The notes beneath the pieces were generated by a model, which was not told the origin of the DNA, made no database searches, and worked only from the letters and a program-made list of their open reading frames with translations. A program made the position numbers and the translations under genes. 37,509 nucleotides of DNA from an uncultured archaeon (GTDB lineage: Archaea > Asgardarchaeota > Heimdallarchaeia > Heimdallarchaeales > Heimdallarchaeaceae): the NCBI GenBank assembly GCA_964549075.1, contig CAZJUB010000023.1, positions 1-37,509 of the forward strand, given 5' to 3'. This document shows positions 18,830 to 27,015 of this stretch, in pieces. Within the stretch, counting starts at the first letter, position 1. Each line of letters begins with the position of its first letter.

Positions 18830-20050
18830 ATGAATAAAAAAGGACTAATTTTGATTTTCCTTTTTGTAGTTTCTACTGTAGCTGGTATGGCAATTTCGCA
18901 AGCAGCACCAGATAACAAAGTCGATGTTACACTTCAATATATCCCATCAGCATACGTGCCAATGGGTGAAGTATATGTCGAATTTGACAGTAGATTCTTG
19001 GATGACAATATGGTATTTGGACAAGACGACATCATTCACTTTGCCTTCTTTTATGACGTAGCAGTCGAAACATGGGGAGGAGCTTTGACAACCGGTGGTG
19101 GTATCCAACCAGAAGTTTGGTATTATGATACCCAAAACGTTTCAGCTCCTTGTCAATATACCGAGACAAGATTTGTAGGTGTATTCAACGTTATGATCGA
19201 CTACTACGATATAGGTATGACAAACTTTGACATATGGGCAGACAATGGAAACTATCAAGATATAGTAGTTCAGCTAGATATTGGATGGCATTACATAACA
19301 ATAATAGCTGCTGAATTAGTTTCTGACTGCAACCACACCTCTTGGGAGTGGCAATATGCAAAGGATCAGAAGAGATTCTATATCTCCGAAGATAAAGAAG
19401 ATACCCCAGCATTATTAGAAGACGCAAATTATAATGATGTAGATGTTACTGCAACTCCAGTGAACTCAGAAGATCTAAATGGAGGTTACGTTTGGGACAG
19501 CTTCCTAGCCTCACCAAGGCCAAAAGCTGAAGCAACACTGAACCAGTATTATGAAGATGATCTGGGAGTAGATGGAGCAGCTATAACGACAGATTTAGCA
19601 GTGCAGTATAACGCATCTAATAACGTCTTGGCACTTGCCGATGGAACATACGGTCTAGAATATGATAACATCTATGAGATGGGACCAATGACATATATGT
19701 GGATCGTAAATGATGGAGATATGATTATAGCGAATGTTAGCAGTTGGGAAGACCCCTATGAGCCTTCAACTTTAACTGGGCTTTTCAAAGGACAAAACTA
19801 CATTTACTTCGTACTATTCGGATTCAGAGTAGATGATTACTCACAATTGTTTGGTAATCCAGCACCACAATTAGCTTGTTCAACAATAAGATTTGATTTG
19901 TGGCTAGGACCCCCACCAGAAGAGCCAACTACACCTGATCCATGCGCAGATTGTCCATGTCCAACACCAACTCCAGGGTTCGGTATATTTATAAGTGTCT
20001 CAATACTCGGGCTAGCAGCCGTAATAGTTTTATTACGCAGAAGAAAATAA
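18830..20050 (+). CDS. Acidic secreted surface protein with a PGF-CTERM-like C-terminal anchor
   Basis: SD AAAGGTGA; signal peptide MNKKGLILIF...SQA; Pro/Thr linker; TPGFG + TM + RRRK. Confidence 0.8.
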   Translation: MNKKGLILIFLFVVSTVAGMAISQAAPDNKVDVTLQYIPSAYVPMGEVYVEFDSRFLDDNMVFGQDDIIHFAFFYDVAVETWGGALTTGGGIQPEVWYYDTQNVSAPCQYTETRFVGVFNVMIDYYDIGMTNFDIWADNGNYQDIVVQLDIGWHYITIIAAELVSDCNHTSWEWQYAKDQKRFYISEDKEDTPALLEDANYNDVDVTATPVNSEDLNGGYVWDSFLASPRPKAEATLNQYYEDDLGVDGAAITTDLAVQYNASNNVLALADGTYGLEYDNIYEMGPMTYMWIVNDGDMIIANVSSWEDPYEPSTLTGLFKGQNYIYFVLFGFRVDDYSQLFGNPAPQLACSTIRFDLWLGPPPEEPTTPDPCADCPCPTPTPGFGIFISVSILGLAAVIVLLRRRK

Positions 20051-20066
20051 TAAGGTGAGCTTAAAT

Positions 20067-22022
20067 ATGAAAAGAAAATCAGCGATTTTCGCACTTTTAA
20101 TTCTTTCTAGTTTGCTAGCTACAAGCGCTGTAAATACAACAGTAAACGTAAACGGTGCTACAGCTATCGCCAACCTTGTCTTTAAGACAAATGGTGGTGG
20201 TGTACGCCCTGATTATGGTTTGTACATAGCACAGTATCTACGAGCTCTAGGAATTGAAGTCGAAGTCAAAATAGAAGAATGGTCAGTATTCGTAGGAACA
20301 CTCCTACTAACACACGACTACGATATAGGCATAGTCGGTCTTTCAGGTGGTGGATCATCTCCAGATATGAGAGATTGTTACACTGAAGATGGATCACTAA
20401 ATCTGTTCTTACTCGGACCTGATTTACCATATGGTAATGAAAGTGAAGAAATGCAGAAAGAAGGAGTAACCATCGTCGATCTTACAGAAAGACAACAATT
20501 GTACTATGACTGGCAACAATTAATAATGGACAAGATCGTCCCAATGTTACCATTGTATTCACCCAGATCCTATGTTGGAACTTGGTCTAATACTAAAGGG
20601 TATGATGGTAGATGGGGAGTTACCGATTCCTTACCATATATGTACTATGATGGCTATCATGATGGTCAAGTATCCTTAGATGAATTCAGTATTGCAGATG
20701 CTAATTGGCGTGAACTCAATCCATTGTTTACAGATGATACCTCAAGTTCATTCGTTTGGGGATTAGAGTCTGAACCAACTATGGTTTTAAGTCCTGACAG
20801 TGCCCCTCTTAAGACAGGTATATTTTATGACTGGGAACAAGTTGATGAATTCCACTACAAATTCTACATGAGAGATGATGTCTATTGGAACCCATCATAT
20901 AATATTACTGAAAGAGATGCTAGTTCTGATCCATTAAGTGCAGTCTCAACTGGTGACCTGATGGTCGGTCTAAAAGGCGAATACAGTGATGGTACCAATC
21001 AGCAAGTTACAGCTAAAGACGCAGTATTTACCTACTTAGCATGGGGTAATGACATACTCAGTGAAAGTACAACCTATGCTGAATGGATTAAAGAATGCTA
21101 TGTTGATCCTGTTGATCCTCTAGTACTCCACGTAGTAGTTGATGGAGATCCAGACACTCCATTGCAAGAACCATATGCAGACCTTTGGGTATCACTCGGA
21201 TTTAGTCTTCTACCGGAATTCTTCCTGAACTCCACTGATCCAACCGTATCTTATACAGCTGGACACATTCCATGTACTGGTTTGTATGATGGAATGGAAA
21301 CAAGCGCTCCTTGGGTTGCATTTAGTACTTCCGCTTTTGGTTGTGGAAAATACATGCTTGATTATGCTGTTGAAAACTCAGTAACAGTTCTACAAAAAAG
21401 TCCATACTGGATGGGAATTGGAGCTATTGACGGAGAAGCACAAGATCTAGATATAAGCACAATCAATATTCGTGTTATCCCTGATCTTTCTGCCGAACTA
21501 GCAGAATTCAAAGCAGGAAAACTAGATATTGTTGGTTTAACTTCACACCCTGCAGAAAGAAAACAAATGCAAGCAGATCCAAGATTTGATGTGCAAACCT
21601 TCATTGTAGACAGTTTCACTTTCATGTTCTATAACCTACGTAGGCCTTTTGTCGGCGGTGCAGATAACTTCGTTTATCTTGACGTCCCAGGCAAAGAGGA
21701 ATATACTAAAGCTGTAGCAGTTCGTAAAGCTATGAACTATGCTATCGACAGAGATGAAATGAACCAAGTTATACATGACGGAGACTACACAGTTGCACAA
21801 AGTGTTTTGTATCCATTTACAGCATTCTACTACTACAATGATATTGTAAAATACGATTATGATATCTTTGCTGCAAAGACCTGGTTAGCTGATGCAGGAT
21901 ATATTCCATATCCAGTGTCATCAACTTCAGAAGAAACCACTACAAGTCCATTCCCAGTAGTAGGAATTGTTGCTGCAATAGGTGCTGCTGCCGCTATATT
22001 GTTCTATCGTAAAAGAAGATAA
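20067..22022 (+). CDS. Family-5 ABC solute-binding protein (OppA/DppA-like), circularly permuted, C-terminally anchored; copy 1
   Basis: ELNPL, KFYMRDDVYW, SDG..VTAKDAVFT, GCGKY, VRKAMNYAIDR; signal peptide; S/T linker + PFP + TM + RKRR. Start placed at ATG 20067 from the SD AGGTGA and the leader shared with copy 4. Confidence 0.88.
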   Translation: MKRKSAIFALLILSSLLATSAVNTTVNVNGATAIANLVFKTNGGGVRPDYGLYIAQYLRALGIEVEVKIEEWSVFVGTLLLTHDYDIGIVGLSGGGSSPDMRDCYTEDGSLNLFLLGPDLPYGNESEEMQKEGVTIVDLTERQQLYYDWQQLIMDKIVPMLPLYSPRSYVGTWSNTKGYDGRWGVTDSLPYMYYDGYHDGQVSLDEFSIADANWRELNPLFTDDTSSSFVWGLESEPTMVLSPDSAPLKTGIFYDWEQVDEFHYKFYMRDDVYWNPSYNITERDASSDPLSAVSTGDLMVGLKGEYSDGTNQQVTAKDAVFTYLAWGNDILSESTTYAEWIKECYVDPVDPLVLHVVVDGDPDTPLQEPYADLWVSLGFSLLPEFFLNSTDPTVSYTAGHIPCTGLYDGMETSAPWVAFSTSAFGCGKYMLDYAVENSVTVLQKSPYWMGIGAIDGEAQDLDISTINIRVIPDLSAELAEFKAGKLDIVGLTSHPAERKQMQADPRFDVQTFIVDSFTFMFYNLRRPFVGGADNFVYLDVPGKEEYTKAVAVRKAMNYAIDRDEMNQVIHDGDYTVAQSVLYPFTAFYYYNDIVKYDYDIFAAKTWLADAGYIPYPVSSTSEETTTSPFPVVGIVAAIGAAAAILFYRKRR

Positions 22023-22033
22023 AAGTCTTAAAC

Positions 22034-22062
22034 TTTTTTTCTTTTTTTCTTTTCTTTTTCTT
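22034..22062 (+). terminator. Oligo-T terminator
   Basis: TTTTTTTCTTTTTTTCTTTTCTTTTTC run just after the SBP stop. Confidence 0.6.
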
Positions 22063-22236
22063 AATTTCCTGCTAAGGACAGTATAGATTTTTCTCAAATT
22101 GAGTTTTATTATTGTAATATTGAGAATATTCGTCTTGTAATAATCTAAGAAATACAGATGAGATTGAAGTAATCATACGAATCTAATATAAAGTATGAAT
22201 ATTGATAGTATAAAAAGCATAAAAAATTAACAGATT

Positions 22237-22695
22237 TTAGAAGAATATTGTTGCAAAGATAGAAGCAATACATAGAAAGACAGAGATTTTGACTAAGGGA
22301 TGAATTTTGTTGATAACCGATATGAAGTTTTTATGTTGATCAGCATTGACAATAAAAATCCTTGAGCTCCTTCCTGAGATCATATAATAGATGAAAATGG
22401 TAAGAAGTGCAGTTAATATCAATAGAAACATGAGAAAGATTCCGAAAGCGAGAAAACTACTAGAATTATTAAAGAGCGCTTTTGCAATGAAATAATTGAT
22501 TACTAGCAGAATAGGAGTATAGATGAAACTACTGAAAGGGATAGCAAAAGCTAAATCAAGGATGACCCTAAAAAATGAAACATCAAAAAGATAATCACAA
22601 CGAGGACAGGAATAGGTGCCAAAACCATCCTCTTTCTTGCGCTTTGTATTGTTAAAACCACAGTAAGGGCACTTCATATAATCATCTCTAATCAT
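22237..22695 (-). CDS. Zn-ribbon membrane protein
   Basis: CPYC...CPRC followed by about 3 TM helices; ATGA overlap with the upstream gene stop. Confidence 0.75.
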   Translation of the reverse strand: MIRDDYMKCPYCGFNNTKRKKEDGFGTYSCPRCDYLFDVSFFRVILDLAFAIPFSSFIYTPILLVINYFIAKALFNNSSSFLAFGIFLMFLLILTALLTIFIYYMISGRSSRIFIVNADQHKNFISVINKIHPLVKISVFLCIASIFATIFF

Positions 22696-24881
22696 TCCTG
22701 TTCTAATAATCTCTTCTTGATTTTGCGACGTCTAACTACAGGAACCACAATTCCAGTTATGGGAATTATAGCAAGAAAACTGTAGGCCCAAGAATAATTA
22801 ACATCAAGAGGGGTGCTATTCTTATCTAGAGGATTAGAACCGGCTTCTACTTCTACTCCATCGTCGAATCCATCATCGTCACTGTCAGGATTTGATGGAT
22901 CTGTCCCATATATGTCAACTTCTTGAACATTAGTTAAACCATCTCCGTCAATATCCGCATCTGCATCAGCTATAAGGGGATTAGTGTAATATTTGTAAAC
23001 TTCATCACCATCACTTAAGCCATCAAAATCACTGTCAGGATTCAGTGGATCGGTTCCATAGCTTGCTTCATGAACATTTCTTAGTCCATCATTGTCAGGA
23101 TCTTCTTGAGCATCATCCGGATTGTTTGGATCAAGAATACTAGGATGATCTATCTCATATTTGTCTGGGATTCCATCATTATCTGTGTCTGATGTGAACG
23201 GACTGGTGAAATATATAAAAAGCTCTTCTCCGTCCGTTAAACCGTCAAAATCCGTGTCTGGATTAAGGGGGTTTGTCAGATATGTGTCTACTTCATCTAT
23301 ATTTGAGATTGTATCTCCATCAATATCTGCGTCTAAATCTGGAACAAGTGGATTTAATACATATTGATTGACTTCCATACCATCTATGATTGTATCACCA
23401 TCGGTGTCATTATTGTTCAAGTTTGACCCTATGAATATCTCCTCATGATTGTACAATCCATCTTTATCGCTGTCATCATTTGGTCCGTGTGTAGGTGACC
23501 CTAAATCCGATATCCAAGGTGCAATCCCATAATCATTAGTTTCTTTGATAGTGACATATCCATGGCTTGTTAGCGTAATTATTTCTATTTCATGATCGTT
23601 ATCTATATCGTAGATAATAGGTGAAACTGTACTAGAAACAGCAAATGTGACTGGAGTTGAATCTTTAAAATCTCCATTATTCTCTAAAACTACGACATTA
23701 AACGAACTTAGCAAGATTATCTCTGGGTAGTTATCTCCATCAATATCTGCTATTGCTGGAGTACCGATATACTGCGATCCCGCAAGATAATAAAACTTAG
23801 AAACTATCTCGTTCCCCTCAACACCATAAACCGCTAAACCATCCGATAATAATTGAATGATTTCTAATTTTCCATCCTTATCCAAGTCATAAGAAGTTCC
23901 TTGTGTTGTAATATAGACTGGTAACGGAATTGCTCTGCTCCACGTTTGATTGTTTGCAGGATTCAAACAAAGCCCATATAAAATACCTGAAGTTGATGCA
24001 ACAAATAAATCCAAATCACCATCATTATTGAAATCCCCAATCATAGGCATTTCCCATAATTCTTCAAAAGGATCTTCAGTATTTAATGGGAATTTTAACG
24101 GGAAGCCATTTATTAAAGTACCGTTCAGATGCCAAGCAAATACAAAGCCATTCTCTGTTGTAACAATAATTTCTGGTTTTCCATCTCCTGTAATGTCTTG
24201 AGCTAAAGGAGGGATATAATTAATTGTATCATTTACCTGTATCGGCCAATTTGTGATATTTTGACCTTGATGATCAATATAGTATATCATACTACTGTTG
24301 CTTTGTATAAGTACGAATTCTTTATGTCCATCTTCATTTAAATCGTACATAATGGTACCTGGAATGTACTCTCCAGGTAAATCGAATCCAAAGGAGGTAT
24401 TAATTTGTCCTAACCTGTTGATGGCAAAGAAGCTTGTGACCCTTTTATTAGCTACTGTTTTACTATATCGTGTTATTACACTAGGATAAGTCTCATTTAG
24501 ATCCATTCTTCCTAAAACTTCTATTTGACTCATATCCCAAGCTAAGGTCACTGGCCACCCACTTACTAACCTATCTTTATTTAGAAAGAACATTTTTACT
24601 CCATCTTCTCCAGGGATGTTACCAATAATTACAGTTTCAAGAATCCCATCATCATTTAAGTCTACAACTGTGGGTGTAATATCATATATTAAGTTAGTAA
24701 GTAGAGGTACGAACCTATCCAAATCTTCTACGTAGACTGTTTTGATGTCAGATTGGTCGCTTAATTTGGTCTTATAATTCTGATTAACAAGAGCATTTGC
24801 ATTATTTGAACTACATAAAATAATAATTGAGAGGAAAGAGATAGCTAATATTAAGTTGTTTTTGTTCTTCATGCAGCTCAT
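22692..24881 (-). CDS. Type I membrane surface protein: FG-GAP/VCBS-like beta-propeller plus TSP3-like Ca-binding repeats
   Basis: Signal peptide; seven DxxxD[G]xx[E/D] blade motifs; nine DxDxD[GT]..[DN]..E repeats; C-terminal TM + RRRKIKKR. Confidence 0.85.
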   Translation of the reverse strand: MSCMKNKNNLILAISFLSIIILCSSNNANALVNQNYKTKLSDQSDIKTVYVEDLDRFVPLLTNLIYDITPTVVDLNDDGILETVIIGNIPGEDGVKMFFLNKDRLVSGWPVTLAWDMSQIEVLGRMDLNETYPSVITRYSKTVANKRVTSFFAINRLGQINTSFGFDLPGEYIPGTIMYDLNEDGHKEFVLIQSNSSMIYYIDHQGQNITNWPIQVNDTINYIPPLAQDITGDGKPEIIVTTENGFVFAWHLNGTLINGFPLKFPLNTEDPFEELWEMPMIGDFNNDGDLDLFVASTSGILYGLCLNPANNQTWSRAIPLPVYITTQGTSYDLDKDGKLEIIQLLSDGLAVYGVEGNEIVSKFYYLAGSQYIGTPAIADIDGDNYPEIILLSSFNVVVLENNGDFKDSTPVTFAVSSTVSPIIYDIDNDHEIEIITLTSHGYVTIKETNDYGIAPWISDLGSPTHGPNDDSDKDGLYNHEEIFIGSNLNNNDTDGDTIIDGMEVNQYVLNPLVPDLDADIDGDTISNIDEVDTYLTNPLNPDTDFDGLTDGEELFIYFTSPFTSDTDNDGIPDKYEIDHPSILDPNNPDDAQEDPDNDGLRNVHEASYGTDPLNPDSDFDGLSDGDEVYKYYTNPLIADADADIDGDGLTNVQEVDIYGTDPSNPDSDDDGFDDGVEVEAGSNPLDKNSTPLDVNYSWAYSFLAIIPITGIVVPVVRRRKIKKRLLEQE
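22820..23478 (-). repeat. Nine coding TSP3-like (DxDxDG) calcium-binding repeats
   Basis: DSDKDGL, DTDGDTI, DIDGDTI, DTDFDGL, DTDNDGI, DPDNDGL, DSDFDGL, DIDGDGL, DSDDDGF, with a period of about 22-28 aa. Confidence 0.8.
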
Positions 24882-25014
24882 CTGTTTATTTAGGATATTG
24901 AATTCTAATTTTTTCTAATAATATTTCATTAAAGAAATTTATCAATCTTTTTCATACACAAGTTTTGTACATTTATTACTGTTTTGAAAAATCCTCTCTG
25001 TAGTAAAATAAAAA

Positions 25015-26838
25015 CTACATCTCTTCAGGTTTTTTAATTGCAATATCGTATGCTTTTATGATATCGTGTTTTGATATAATTCCAATCAGACTCTTAGGAT
25101 TGTCTTTCTGTACTACTGGAACTCTTCCAATGTTGTGTTTATTCATTTTTGCTAGAACCTCATGTATCGTTTCATCAGGTTCAGCTACAATAAGAAAACT
25201 TGATGTAATGTCTCCTACTTGAGTGTTCTTTTTTTCTTCTTCATCTATAGGAACATCCTTTATCGTTACCATACCCAATAATTTTCCTTCAAAAATAACA
25301 GGATAGCCTTCATGTCTATGTTCTAAATAGTAAAGTTCCACCATAGACGCTGGCATTTCCGCAGGTATTGTAACTACATCTTTCGTCATCACTTCTTCAG
25401 CTTTTACAAGATCCATAATAAGAGGACGATCTGTTCTGATGTTAATTCCTCTTCTTTTCAATTTGATTGTGTAAATCGAGTCACCTTTCATTAACAACCA
25501 TGCGATAAAGAAACTAGCAAATGAAGCAATCATAATTGGTGGTATCAGAAAATAGTCGTTTGACATTTCAGGAATCATAAAGATAACATTCAAAGGCGCT
25601 TGAGCTGCTCCTGCGAATAATGCTGCCATTCCTGCTAAACCGTAAGTGTAGGAATGTTGAACTAGGGAAGGAAAAGCTATTTGAAAAAGACCTCCAAATC
25701 CCATTCCAACCATGCTTCCAATAAACAGACTAGGAGCAAAGATCCCACCACTCCCACCTGAACCTATGGACAATGAGGTTGCTAGGATTTTAACACCAGC
25801 TAGTAAGAACATAAGACCTATCGTAAACTTTCCTGCAAAAGCTAAATCTATTCCATCATAACCTACTCCAGCTATTCCATATGTTGGTAAGAACATAATT
25901 AAAATACCAGTTCCCAGTCCTCCTAAAGCAGGTTTTAAGCTATCTGGTATCTTGAGTTTATCAAAAAAATCTTCACCAAAATAAAAAATCTTTACCCAGA
26001 TAAAAGAAATAATACCGAAAACTAAACCAAGAAGCAAGTAAATTGGTAATTCAGCTGGTACCCATGAAGCTACTTCAGTGATTTTAAAAGCTGGTTCATT
26101 GCCAAGAAAAACATTAGAAATAGCTACGCCAACAACAGAAGAAAGAATCACAGGCATTGCGTTGAAAAGACCTATACCTCTGAGTAAAATCTCCATCCCA
26201 AACAAAGCACCACCTACTGGGGCATTAAATGTTGCAGCTATCCCTGCAGAAAGTCCACAGACAACCAATAATTTCTTGTGTCTAGAATCAAGATGAAAAA
26301 CTTCTCCTAAAAGTGATCCAACAGTTGCACCTATTTGTGCGATAGGACCTTCTCTTCCTGCACTTCCTCCTGAACCTATAGTTATAGATGAAACAGCAAT
26401 TTTGAATAATGCTACTCTTTTTCGTATTTTTCCATCTCTCAGAGCGACAGCTTCTAAAACCTCAGGTACACCATGACCTTTTGTTTCTCGTGCAAAACGC
26501 ATTATTAATGGACCAATTATTAGTCCACCAATCAAAGGCAAAAAAATATATCCTAGATTGAAACTTGAAACGTTTACTGAAATAGTTGGACTTAATAACG
26601 ATTCCAAATTTTTCCCATAAAAATTATCAAAATACCCTAAATTAAATTTACCAACGTTTATTGTTAGAAGTGGTAGAATATAATCGAAGAATAATATCCT
26701 TACATATTGAATGACATAACGAAAAAGAATCGCTCCAAAACCTCCAATAACACCTATAAAAATTGCTAGCAAATCAATTACTAGCCATCTTTTAGCATAA
26801 GGTGGAAATGTAAGGGAAAGGGCTTTGATTCTTGCCAT
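25015..26838 (-). CDS. CLC chloride channel/transporter with a C-terminal CBS pair (CLC-1)
   Basis: GHGVPE, GSAGREGP, FNAP, GGIFAP, SIYT; two CBS domains. Confidence 0.93.
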   Translation of the reverse strand: MARIKALSLTFPPYAKRWLVIDLLAIFIGVIGGFGAILFRYVIQYVRILFFDYILPLLTINVGKFNLGYFDNFYGKNLESLLSPTISVNVSSFNLGYIFLPLIGGLIIGPLIMRFARETKGHGVPEVLEAVALRDGKIRKRVALFKIAVSSITIGSGGSAGREGPIAQIGATVGSLLGEVFHLDSRHKKLLVVCGLSAGIAATFNAPVGGALFGMEILLRGIGLFNAMPVILSSVVGVAISNVFLGNEPAFKITEVASWVPAELPIYLLLGLVFGIISFIWVKIFYFGEDFFDKLKIPDSLKPALGGLGTGILIMFLPTYGIAGVGYDGIDLAFAGKFTIGLMFLLAGVKILATSLSIGSGGSGGIFAPSLFIGSMVGMGFGGLFQIAFPSLVQHSYTYGLAGMAALFAGAAQAPLNVIFMIPEMSNDYFLIPPIMIASFASFFIAWLLMKGDSIYTIKLKRRGINIRTDRPLIMDLVKAEEVMTKDVVTIPAEMPASMVELYYLEHRHEGYPVIFEGKLLGMVTIKDVPIDEEEKKNTQVGDITSSFLIVAEPDETIHEVLAKMNKHNIGRVPVVQKDNPKSLIGIISKHDIIKAYDIAIKKPEEM

Positions 26839-27015
26839 TTTAGGTTACACTGTGCACTGAAAAATTATGTATATTAGTTTTATTGTATTAGTTTGGTATA
26901 CAATTTCTTTGATTTAAACTCACATTTACAACTCTTCAGTAAGATTAATGATATATATTTTAAAATTTAAAGGAGCTATTCATAAAATGTTAACAAAATT
27001 AAAAACACTCATAGT

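Noticed and set aside
22820-23478. CRISPR-like or non-coding tandem repeat
   Set aside because: The repeats are degenerate at DNA level and explained by protein-coding DxDxDG units.
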